DNA of 57,282 bases, counting the filler, from Sphacelaria rigidula (taxonomy: Eukaryota): assembly GCA_964200075.2 (NCBI GenBank). It is 3 parts of 3 records of this genome, joined end to end, with 100 filler letters (N's around TTAATTAATTAA, not from the genome) between each part and the next. Parts side by side here need not be neighbours in the genome. Positions count along the whole stretch, not along the records: positions 1 to 19,031 come from CAXNAA020000745.1; positions 19,132 to 38,157 come from CAXNAA020000746.1; 1 more part is not named here. The stretch is one strand, 5' to 3'. Position 1 is the stretch's first letter, and the number at the start of each line of letters is the position of its first letter. The notes under the pieces are model-generated. The model ran no database searches. It was not told the origin of the DNA and was given only the letters and a program-made list of their open reading frames with translations. Made by a program: the position numbers and the translations under genes. Positions 13,101 through 24,300 of this stretch are shown here, one piece after another.

Positions 13101-16100
13101 AATTTACACGGATGGATCGCGCGGATATTCCAGCCCTGCCGAGGCGTCGTACCGTACTGCCGGCTCCAAGCACGCACCGCCAACTTTGTTCTGCATATCT
13201 GCATCGATATACAATTCGTGTATGAAGCGCTTGCTCCCTCGGCAGTGACGTGAACCCTTTGCCATCGGGGAGCCTCAGCCCCGGACATCGTCTGTATCGT
13301 CATAGTTCCGTACTGATGCGCGCACCTCTCTTCCAAAGACGAGTGCCTCAACGAAAGTCAACACATGTCACGCCGCGGAGCATGGCCGTTTCAAGTGTAG
13401 CTCCCACGTCACAAATTAAAAAATATATATAGAATCGCCTCCATATTATCGAAAAGAAACCAGACTGACCGGGTCTTTTGAGCATGGAAAATACGGGTGA
13501 AACGTCCGCTAAAGGCAACATGATGACCACGGCGGTTCCGCCGCACATGGCTCCTGCTGGCGAATCCAAAGCCTCCAGGCCTCATACCACCACATGTTTG
13601 TTGTATGTGTTTGCTGTACGTTACACATGAGGTAGACATGATGTCACGGATGGAATAACTTCGGGAGCTTGAAATCTGTGTACCAGCCCTTTTTTCGTTC
13701 TTGAAAGCCTGTAAGACATCGTACAGTCAGTCAGTGTCGGATGCGGGCTGTGTTGTAAAGCTAAGTCAGGGTACGCTTCGGCGTCCCAACATGTGCGGGG
13801 GGGTACGAATTTTGCCGCCTTGCCTCATGTGCCTCATGTGCGGCATGGATGTATTCCCATCAAACCTTGTGCAATTAATTTCATACTTCGTTTATATCTT
13901 CCACGGTTTCCGACGAATCATCGCCGGTTCGAATCACCAAATCCACGATTTTTCAGGCCGGATGGCTCAACAAAGAGAAAAAAAAGTTGGCCGCTGGTCA
14001 CAAAGGTCTCCACGCATTTTTGCGCCATCCCACGTGGTGCCTGGGCTGCAACGCTGAAAACACAGCCCAAGGATTGATCCGTACCGTACGAATCGATCAC
14101 ATTAAAATCAGGTAATTCCAGACGAATCATTGATTCGTACGACCCTTGACATCTTATCTTGTTCCAGGACACTCCATGGCGCATGTGATTTATACGTATA
14201 ATGTGACGTCAGCACCTGCGACTGTGATCGAACGTAGCTGCCTAGGCCAAGTTCGTGCTGAAATCAAGTCACGTGGGATTTTGAGCCCTCTCAGTCGACA
14301 GTGCGCACGTGGTCGAACTTCATCCAAGATGTTTCCTTGTCGAGGTCTACGTACAATCGTCAAATCTCTTGTAACAGGACGCTAGTGATCCCACGGTTAT
14401 ATGCGTTGCCTTAGAGGGGTGGGAAATAGTGTCACACGAGAGCACTATGATAGTCTCTCGCAACACCAGAGAGCTCGTCCGCGCAGGTGGGGGGGTCGGG
14501 GGGGGGGGGGTGAACACCAAAGCAGCGACAAACTTTGTCCTCACTTTGCTTTGAAGTGTTGATTACACTTTGCCTTTCACATATGCGGTACATTTCAATC
14601 GTTCTCACATTCAGTTATACTTGCTGCGAGCTGAGCCGCAGCGTTGCTCTGAAAAAACGAGTGTCAAGTTTCCAGGGTCCAGACCGAAATATGTTATATC
14701 GGTCATCCTCTACGATAGTACGGAGGCCTTTACAAATACATCAAGAAAAAATGGCTACCGAAACACTGATTGACACTCCGACAATCTTGGGACAGGAAAC
14801 AGGTGAATCCGAACTCAAGCACCGCCCAGGAACATCGGCAAAATTCTATCACGTGCGAGTACCGCTGGGGATGAATGGGTTCGGGTGTTGAATCTCTACA
14901 AGCGATTCGATAGGATGGTCTCAAGCATGCTTGGTCGCCATTCGTATTTTCGTATTTTCCGACATGTGTATGGCCACTTTGTCGAGGTCCCTCCACCCAT
15001 CTGCGCGGGGTAATGAACGTTTTTGAAATACCTCACCTTCAAAGTAGGATATTTGGCCATTTTTTCGTAATCGGCGATTTTCTTGGGTTCTTTCCCTTGC
15101 CACTACTCATCTCTCTGGGAGTCCGGGGATTCTAGTATCTGCTCCACATTTCAGGAAGAAGATACAAGGTTGTGTTCTGTAAGGTACGGTTTTCTGTATA
15201 CGCGGGATATTTTTCCGGGTATGTACCGTAGACGACAGTTCCATGACTTCTGTGAGACTTTCATACCGATACCCGACAGTTCTTTAATCTCTGTAAGACT
15301 CTCATACCCTTACCCGATAGTTCTGTGAGTTCTGCACAATACATTTACCCGAACTCGAAGGGCGGGTATACCCGAAGAGAGTTACCCGATTGCCGGTACC
15401 GGTTCCCTGTAAGCCTCCCATACCGTACCCGACAAGTTCTGTAAAGTCTGTAAGACTTTCATACCGGTACCCGACGATTCAGTAAGTTCTGTACTTAACA
15501 TTTACCCGAACCCGAGGGGCGGGTACACCCGAAGAGAGTTATCCGATTGCCGGTACCGGTTCTCGGTAAGCCTCCCGTTCCGTACCCGACAAGTTCTGTA
15601 AAGTCTGTAAGACTTTCGTACCGGTACCCCACAGTTCTGTAAACTCTGTGAGACTTCCATACCGGTACCCGATATTTCTGTAAGCTCTGTAAGCTTCCTG
15701 TACCCTTACCCGGGGTTAGGGTATACCCTTGCAGATATACCCCGTTGCAGGTACGAGCACAGGTATATACCCTCTGGAAGTATGGATATAGGTTTAATCA
15801 AAACATAACCTAATGGCCCGAACATGTACCTCCCAGCTCCTACCGCCACATCCTGCCCTCTCAGTCATTTGTTTGAGCATCCCAACCAAAAAATCCAAGG
15901 TTTTGTTCTGTAAGGTACGGTTTTCTGTATACCCGGGGTATTTTCCGGGTATGTACCGTACCCGACAGTTCTGTAATCTCTGTAAGACTCTCGTACCCTT
16001 ACCCGATAGTTCTGTGAGTTCCTTACATAACATTTACCCAAACCCGAAGGGCGGATATACCCGAAGAGAGTTACCCGATTGCCGGTACCGGTTCTCTGTA

Positions 16101-18156
16101 AGCCTCCCATACGACAAGTTCTGTAAAGTGTGTAAGACTTTCATACCGGTACCCGACAGTTCTGTAAAGTCTGTGAGACTTCCATACCGGTACCCGATAT
16201 TTCTGCAAACTCTGTACGGAATCTCATACCCAACAGGACGTACCCGTACCTTACAGAACACAACCTTGAAACTATCATCTGCAGTCAATGTTGGGTGACT
16301 TACAGGCTGACCGGTCATCGGGGGTCCTGCTGTTTTTCAGCCCAGATCCTGACTCTTCGGTATTTTCGGTCGATCGAGCCTGTCTCGATCGTCTTTGTGA
16401 AGAAATGAGGAGGCTTGTGTTTCTTATGTCACCCACTCATTAAACTAGAACCAAAAAACTTTGTTTCACTGTCAATAACACCCTCCTGATGAACGGGATA
16501 TCTACTCGTTTCGCCCAATAACACCAATTGACACTAGCTTGGGCACTGTGTTTTCAGGACGATCTGTTTGTTGTGTAATACCAAAATCTACCGACGCTAG
16601 CACTTTCGAGTTCTATCGAAGAGTACTACGCGAGACAAGAACAAAACAACCTGTGCTACTTTGAACTTTGGGTACTACATATTTCGTTAGTGCGCATTAT
16701 CCTAAACTCGAACGTTGGCAACCCCTGACAGCGTTGTGCCAGCAACAAGAGGTCACTTGGTGAATCACCCCCTTCCCCCCACTCCCCCCCAAATATAATA
16801 ATCATGATCGTATTAGTAATAGTAATGAATGAATGAAAAATAACGCGGCGGAGTCAACGCACTCGGGCAAGCGAGTGATATCAAATTCAGACTACCTACT
16901 GCCTTGACTGGGAGTGTGGTCCTGTCGCCCATCGTGACGTTGATGCCATGAGGTGGGGGTCGTAAATCAATAACGTGATCCACATTCCCCATGTGGTATG
17001 TAGTGCCTGTATCCGCAATACATTTCTCTGCACCATCACCCCTACTAGATGCAGCGTATCTGCCTAGGACTGATGCTGCGATAGCCCCCCCCAGGAAAAT
17101 GACAAAAGCAGAGCGCACCGAGCAACTGGAAATTCCCACCTGGGATCATTTTCGCGAATGTAGCCCATATGAGGGGCTTCATGCAGTCTGAAAACAGTTG
17201 TCATGCGCTGTATGACCGTTTTCTCGGTGACAGTTTTCGTGCTGCTTTGGAGGGGGACTATCGCGGCGGCATCACTTGAGCATGTAATCGGCGTATGTAA
17301 GGGAACGTGTGAGTAGTGAACTTCTTCATGGCCGTTTTTCAGAGCTCGGAAATGGTTTGCTCAACCATTAACCAGTTGAATGGTTACGCGTAGCGCACTC
17401 ATTAATCAGTTAAATGGTACATGATGGTTTGGTCATCGAGCGGCGCAGCCGCGAGCGCGAGCCAGACACGTTTATACGCGATTTGGCTTCACTAGAGCTA
17501 AGAGTTACATCAAATTTGGGCCAATGTTCGAGGGCTGGATGTAGCATACGTCGCCGTTAACGGTTAATGATGATTTGAAACCACCATCCAAAATTTTCAT
17601 GTATCCATTACCATTGTTACCATTATAAAGATGATGGTCAGTTGTAGCTGGTACCATTTCCGAGCTCTACCGTTTTCAATGATCTTGTGAGTACGGCATG
17701 CAAGATCACGAGTACACCCCTCATCGTTCACCAGTGCGCTCCCTGTTCATTCATGATATCTGCCCAAATATTTGACGTGCCCTGCAACGCGGTTTTGGTG
17801 GAGCACCGTGCCGATAATCACAATGAACTCGAAATACCCTTGTTTTCATAGGAAGTAGGGTTGTAAGCCATACGACTGTAAACGCACCGATCTGTATGAG
17901 TGTATAGTCGGCCGCTCTCGGAACCCCGACGTACCTGTACACACTCGTTTCTGACGTCGTGACATGGCATAACAGAGGAAACGTCCGCGTGGTGGAAATT
18001 GATGGGCCGGTGGTGCGGTTGGAATTGGAGGGTGCTTGCGGCAGCTGCCCTAGCAGCACCATGACGATGAAGATGGGGTTGGAGAGACGATTAGTCCAGA
18101 AAATTCCGGAGATCAGCGAGGTGGTACAGTCCATCCCCGAAGGTCCCGAGCTGAAC
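10102..18156 (+). CDS. NFU: Plastid-targeted NifU-like (NFU) Fe-S cluster scaffold/carrier; 5' two exons, 3' end not in window
   Basis: Exon 1 is 10102-10544 (GG|GTGAGT) and exon 2 is 17976-18156 (AACAG|A..AAC|GTGAGT). The spliced NifU-C domain reads [66 protein letters not shown], with the CxxC motif. The N-terminal hydrophobic stretch ending AGS-F resembles a stramenopile signal + ASAF transit peptide. Intron 1 is 7.4 kb. Confidence 0.92.
12234..14148 (+). repeat. Direct repeat pair (~245 bp; 12234-12479 and 13914-14148), probable DNA-transposon end
   Basis: AATCATCGCCGGTT..CCAAATCCAC.ATTTTTCAGGCC..GCAACGCTGA..AGCCCAAGGATTGAT..CGACCCTTG is present in both. Confidence 0.75.
12830..13420 (-). 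mobile_element. Longer copy of the G-tract retroposon, possibly a decayed LINE 3' region
   Basis: The conserved core is at 12837-12903, next to a G run. Upstream minus-strand translation ([10 protein letters not shown] / KRFIHEL across a frameshift) weakly resembles RTE-type LINE ORF C-termini. The upstream extent is uncertain. Confidence 0.5.
15165..16268. mobile_element. Nested non-autonomous hAT-like elements with ~30-bp subterminal repeat arrays (TACCCGACAGTTCTGT..)
   Basis: A perfect 25-bp TIR CAAGGTTGTGTTCTGTAAGGTACGG is at 15165-15189 and 16244-16268. A second left TIR lies at 15896 with a degenerate 8-bp TSD (AAAAAATC/AAACTATC). Confidence 0.8.
16860..17070 (-). mobile_element. Ty1/Copia retrotransposon protease-region fragment
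   Basis: [35 protein letters not shown] matches the Copia W-x-x-DSGA-x-x-HM..GNG..G.G pattern. Confidence 0.7.
17070..17276. mobile_element. Short MITE-like element; related sequence at ~26350-26475 and ~48825-48990
   Basis: Inverted ends GCTGCGATAGCCCCCCCCA / TGGAGGGGGACTATCGCGGC. The internal GAGCGCACCGAGCA.CTGGAAA (shared with ~26365) and TCTGAAA..CATGCGCTGTATGACCG (shared with ~48900) recur elsewhere. Confidence 0.5.
17340..17669. mobile_element. hAT-type MITE (330 bp)
   Basis: TIR YAGAGCTCGGAAATGGT at both ends, an 8-bp TSD CCGTTTTT/CCGTTTTC (7/8), and internal CCATTA repeats. Confidence 0.85.
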
Positions 18157-19031
18157 GTGAGTATCGTTCCAACGCCTCGAGCTTTTCATTTGCTTGTTTG
18201 TTTGATTGTTTGGTTGTTCTCTCTTCCTCTGTGTGCCGTGTGCTTCGCGGACTATCAGAATCATATTCAAATGGTTTGAACGAACGTCTACAGCTTTTTT
18301 GCCCAACGCTTTTTTTTTAGTTCGAAGCGTTACCTTGCATCCCTACAAAGCCGGGACGGAGCACCCCAGGTTTTCGCCAGACCAGACTCGCAATTAATCA
18401 CACAAGCGTGAAGCGCCGTGGTGTGCTCGGCGAGTCGCATGAAGGGTGAGCTGCATCCTGCTGAGATTTTCAGGCCCGAAGCGTGTTGATCATCTCGCAT
18501 TTGGATGACAGCCTCCAGTGAGTTTCTTCATTTTCTGGTGTCGCCACTTCCAGAGACAGCCGAGGGGGGGGGGGCGGCAATAAGCGTCGGGTCCTCTCTT
18601 TACTGCTCGAATGAAGGGTGAGGTTCGGATGGGTGTTGGGGCCCCAGGAATGCGCTCGATCAGTCGGGTCGATGAGGTCTTCATGTTCACTCTCGAGTAG
18701 GATATGATACCCACTTTGCATCTCACTGGTTTGTATAAGTAAGAGTAATGCTAGTTTGTTTGTTTTCTCGTTGAGCTCTGCAGATGCCCAAAAAGTGTAA
18801 TGCGTGCAGTATGGAATCGACACTGTACGCAGTACACTTTTATGACAATGCCATCTATTGCCCAGGGTGTAGGCGATTGTCGATGGACACTTTTGCCCAG
18901 GGTGTAGTCGAACTTCCGAAGAGATGGAGATCAAAACGTGACGTTATATTCCTTCGAACACTATGAACCATTCGACCGCCACGGTGGGGGGGGGGAGGGG
19001 GGGTTACTCTCATGTGGGTTTGTTGTTCCAT

Positions 19032-19131
19032 NNNNNNNNNNNNNNNNNNNNNNNNNNNNNNNNNNNNNNNNNNNNTTAATTAATTAANNNNNNNNNNNNN
19101 NNNNNNNNNNNNNNNNNNNNNNNNNNNNNNN
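19032..19131. other. Artificial scaffolding spacer N44-TTAATTAATTAA-N44
   Basis: Exactly 100 nt, a six-frame stop linker, repeated identically at 38158-38257. Confidence 0.97.
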
Positions 19132-19379
19132 CGAACTCGTCTGCGTCGAAGAGATATCGCTTTTAGAGCTTAAATCCGTTTTTAGGCTGGCCCAGCTCGT
19201 ACAGTTCTTCTCGTGACTCAAAAACAACGGTTCTATCTGCGTAGTAATCAAGGGTTTTCTTGCACGCGCGAAGTTGGGACCATCAAATCCCCTCCCCGCC
19301 AGACTGATCGAAGCCTGATTCACTGCACCTTGTACTCATCACTCAACATCTGTCTCGCGTCTTCTACACCTGAGTAAAA

Positions 19380-21140
19380 TCGGGAAAAAAAATCACGTAC
19401 AGGCTGGTTTACGGTGATTACCAAAGATTGTGTCATCAGCAAATGCCTTCCACAATACGCATCCAATAGTCGCATATATGGTATCATACTGACCGCAATG
19501 AAGAGACGAAGAGGGTGAGATAGCCGGATTTTTGTTCAAGGCCGTAGCGGTAGTGGTATGGACGTAAATGTGTCTCAGCCAAACAGCGCCCTTCAATTTC
19601 TTCCGAGATGTAAATTACGATTACCAAGCCCAGTTTCACCCAATCACTACATGCTTCGAATTGTAGTAACCGTCATCGACACGGGAATCTCAAGAGAAAA
19701 TCATATTTTTAAAACGGTGAACGTTTACTACGGGGGTCGAATTATACCCCAAACCGTGATGTTTCGGTGACGTCGGGTGTTGGCGTCGTCTAATTTCCAC
19801 TCATGATACGCACGAAAGACTCAGGGAGCCTCGTGATGGTGTGCCCTATATCCGTCCTAGAAAAGCTCAGATCGCCCTCAAACTCGGCAGTTTCGTAGGT
19901 ACTGATGCTCAAAATGAAAAAATTGTACTCTCAACAATAGATCATGGTTTCTGCGTTCTCTACCGGCTTGCGGGGGCCCCAGCATGAAGACCCCCAGAAG
20001 GCGGTACAGAATGCCCTGAAAGAAAAGTAATGAAATTATGCGTTCCGGGAGAGTCCAAGGAGCACATGTTCGAAGTTTGGTGGAGAAACTCGAAGACATA
20101 AACAGTTTTTCCTGCCATGACGTCAAATTCACCCCAAAAGACGTTTCTATACTAAAACCAAGGAGTTAGGAGTTGCACGTTTCAAGCCTACGTCCTCCTC
20201 AAACGCGCGAACTTTCTCGCTGGCATCAGGAGTTAGATCCTGAAACTTTACATTAATATGCCATGTATCATCAAGGGACTTTCTACGGACGATGTTTTCG
20301 GGGGTCCGACGGGATCGAAGTCGTTCTTCGAAGTAGTCTCCATTCTGGGACCCCAGAAGAACGGCACGACGATGTTTTTTGGTCATTTTTCGCGAACTAT
20401 CTGCCTCCACATAACCCAAGGATGGGCTCCACCAATTTTCGTCGCAAAACTCGATCAGCTCATGCTTGAATTTTCATGTTCACGTCAAAGAAGGCCCAAA
20501 AACGCCGTTTGGGTACTTAAATCAAGTAGTTTGCGGTTTCACCGTGGTACGGTAAACCTTTTCGCACAAAGGCCACAAACTTCACGCCGTTTTAAGGAGT
20601 TAAACCCTCAAAATTTGCACAACTGTGCTTTGGCACATAATGCAACCTTGGATGGACGACATTTTTTTTTTTGTTTCGCGGGGGTCCGATCGGGTCGAGG
20701 TTCCCCGGAAAAAACTGGGAACTCGAAAAAAAGGTGAAAAAAGTAAAAAAAGTAAAAAGAAAAAACTAACCCTTCGAAAGCTGCGTAATTACCTGTAGAA
20801 CATTCGTGCAAAATTTCAGGATCCAACGCCTCAAAACGGCGTGAGGTTTTACCCATGAGTGTTTTTTGGGTGATAAACGTGAACCAGCCGGTAGTAGCAA
20901 TAGAAATAGAATTGGTCGTATCTTGGCAGTACAAAAAGGAGGGGAGTTGCTCGGCATGCGTTGGTATCTCTTGGACCACGAACTATATTTTCAGGTTCCT
21001 CCTTGAAAATTCTGGGCCGTATTATCAATTGTCGAACGGCAATGAATATCGGGATGATACACTCTCGGTTCTTGACGCCAGGGGGAAATCCTGGATTACT
21101 TCGTATGTATGGAAAAAATTGAACACGAGAACCTGACAAA
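19380..21140. repeat. Long non-coding interspersed repeat with internal foldback; second copy at ~55790-57230
   Basis: Shared blocks include GTGTCATCAGCAAATGCCTTCC..ATCCAATAGTCGCAT and AAGACGTTTCTATAC..AAGGAGT. An inverted repeat surrounds the A-rich centre at ~20740. Confidence 0.7.
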
Positions 21141-21379
21141 CGCTACTTATGCTGATTTTGCGCTACACATGTCATGCCACCCGAAGTGGTTTTTTGACAG
21201 GGACATCTTGCAGTCATGTTCCCCAGGACCTTACAGCGGGTACTGCGAGGATACAAAGCGCAGACGGGTGCGCTGACGAAAAATCTGCTCAATTGCAGCG
21301 ACAGGCATCACATGGCGCAGCACTGGCTAGTGACTCGTGAATACATCTTACATACCATTTCGGCGAGGGGTGAGAACTG

Positions 21380-24300
21380 TCACGACCTTCTGAATGGGCG
21401 TCAACTCTTGGAAACGACTCCGATGCAACCAGTGCGAAAAATGACGGACGATGAAGCAAACAGTAAAAAAACTGGGGGGAGCACGCACCTCTTGAACGCT
21501 CTGGACAGCTTCTTGTAGCTGAGCTTCGGACGGTCTAGCACGCGATCATCATGCTCCGACTCGGTGCCGCTCGACAGTCTCCGTGGCCTGGGTCAACAAA
21601 AGCAGCGCATCACGTTTGCATCGCAACGTGGGGATTTGACTCTTTGTTATTGCTCTGACCCATCAAATTGTAACCTGGTGCGATAATGAGGCCTTCGCAG
21701 CGACTAACCACAAACACTGGGTGCCCAATACATGATCAAATTACTAGCAAAATTCCACACGTCGGACAACTTATGAGCCACCTGAATGTTACTTATTACT
21801 AATATAGATTGCTGATTCGGATCATGAGCTATTGATGGCTCATTTCGCCACTTTTTCCGTATTAGCTCCCCCGACAGCGCTAGACGCCGTGCACGCAGAA
21901 TAGCGCGAAGGTAGCACTTTGGCACCTCGCACCTGTTGTATAATATGTGTTCTTGGACAGCGAATCTGAGAATTCTCTTCGAATACATGTTTGAGGTAGC
22001 TCATGAGCTGTTCGACGTATGCAAAATTCTTATGAGACGGGCGTTGGTTTCGTGAGACATGAAAAAAAAAGGTGGGAACCTCGTATCCTAGACCCGGTCG
22101 CTCCGGCGGCTCAGTTGGCCACCTGTCAACAGCGGAGATCGATGACGTAGTGGGTACACAAAGTTCGACTTTACGGTCCACGGGGGAAAGGGGTCGCCGA
22201 ACTTTTTTCCCGATAAAAAATTGAGGCGAAGAACCGTAGAAGGAAGGCGGGGTGCTACAAGAAAAACAAGTCTTTTGTGACCCCGGCTAATGCGCCCAGA
22301 TATACCGAAAGGTTCAAGTCTGGCGTCCATAATGAATGGCATGACAGCGCACATGCGCACACACCAGGCGAATACACCCACTGACACAGAACTTCAAATT
22401 TCGCATCAACTCATGAGTAGTTCCCCTCCACTTCTTTCCTGGGAGACTCCTCTCTCCCTTTTCATGGCGCAATTTACGACTTGTCAAGGTGGAAGCCAAG
22501 GCGAAATAGTCTTGGTCGGACCGGTCTGAGCCTCTTGGCCCTCTCTTGGCGAGCGCTCCACATTGACAAGAGACGGGAAGTTTGTGGACGATCAGCTGGG
22601 ACGAGCTCGGACAACTCTTTTCGAGGGTTGCTCTCTCACCTGCTGCCGAGGGCTCGTGAGGTCGTGGAGCTATAATTAGAAGCGACCGATACTCCCACCG
22701 CTACATCAGATGCGTCTCCATCAACCCTTCCGTCCGGCTGCACTCGCGGTTTTTCGTAGGTTTGGATCAACTCCTGTAGAACATGCGGGGATACGAGTGA
22801 TTCGGGCGAAGATGTTTCGTTCAGTGCTGAGTCTTGAGACTGCGTGATCAGTGGTTTGTGCTGCTAGACCTCATCCCGTGATGCCATCGGGAGAAGGTAG
22901 TCTGCACATCGTCACTTTGCGTCCCTGCCTCCCCCGTCAACCAAATTCTAGCTCGATTGAAAACATGATGTCACACGGACGCCTCCCATGTACGACAGAA
23001 TTGATCCACTAATTAGCGATTGCTCTCGCTCACTTCAATACCTAGTACACAAGGGAGGCCTGACATTCATGACACCATCAAAAATCTGTACTGGAAAAAA
23101 TGATCGTGCTCGACCCTCACCAGGCGGACGCACGGTGAGCAGTCATCTGCTCCCGACAAAAGAGGGTCTCCAGTGAGAACGCAATTGGGCGTCAAAGGAT
23201 TCGAAGGCGTCCCAGGCGATATTCGGGACACAGGAAAATACTCGCCTGTACAGCACCACTACGCACCGCAATACTTCTCCGATCTCCTGTTGAGGCGCCC
23301 TCCACCGCCGCCGCTCGCTCATCCTCCGAATCAGATGCATAACCCATGGCATTGGATCTCCCCGCACCAATTTTACCAGCACCGGAAGATGTAAACATTC
23401 GTCCAGACGTCAACCCGAACCGTGCGCTCCCGCTGGATATGAAAACCTTGGACGCGGTCATTTTCGGCTGCTTCGTCTTCCCAGCGGGGTCGCCACCACC
23501 GACAGCTGCGGCTCCACCGTCCTCCTCGACAGATCCAGTATTGACACCTCCAACGTGGTAGTCCGAGCTGCTGGTGGAAGGTATCCGGAGGCTCCAGCCC
23601 CTGCTTCCCCCAGAGGAACGTCTGTCAGGCGAGTTAGGATTGGGAGACTCTTCTTGCGCCGATGTTGATGTAGGCGCCCCTGCATAGGCGACCTTCAATA
23701 TAGGCAGAGACTCGTGCTCCTCTGAGGACGCTCTCGCGGGTTGCTGATCCTCTGACTCGGAAGCGGCTGGTTTGTCCGGATCCTCTTGCTCTTGATCTAG
23801 TTCTTCAGGCGGAGGCAATTGAGACTTACTGACGCCATCAGTGCCGTCGGCCGTAGATGCTCGCATCGCCAAAGGCATAGAGGAGTCGTAATCGCTGGAC
23901 TCTGAGGCATCATTGACTGGGGGCGGGGGCCCGGCCGCCACGTTCCATGAGGCCGCACGGGCCGGAGCCATCGGAGGCGCGGGCGTGCCCTTCGTAGTCG
24001 GGCCTGGTTTCGGCGGCGTCTGCTTCGCAGGCATCGGATGTGTGCTACGCCGCTGGGCCCTGGTGCCAGTACCGACCGCGGAGGACGGTCCGGCGGACGG
24101 ACCGGTCTTATTCGGCCTGCGCCGCACGATGCTACGCGGTCGGTTATCCGAGCTGCTCTCCCCCCCGCTGGATACCCCCTCTCCCGTCCTGCGCACGCCG
24201 TCCGTTGCGTTGCGTACTCCCACCCGCGTCGATTTACTGCTCTTATTCGGCTTGGTTGATGTCCGCTTCAGGAAAGTGGCCGCTGCTTCGGCCGTTGCGG

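Noticed and set aside
15190-16240. CRISPR-like appearance of ~30-bp repeats (also 43720-45480)
   Set aside because: Units are degenerate and contiguous with no unique spacers, are bounded by TIRs, and have no cas genes in a eukaryotic context. They are transposon subterminal arrays.
18474-18517. Possible NFU exon 3 (TTTCAG|GCC..CA|GTGAGT)
   Set aside because: The translation ARSVLIISHLDDSL shows no similarity to the expected second NFU repeat.
19076-19087. TTAATTAATTAA palindrome
   Set aside because: It is embedded symmetrically in Ns twice, so it is an assembly linker.
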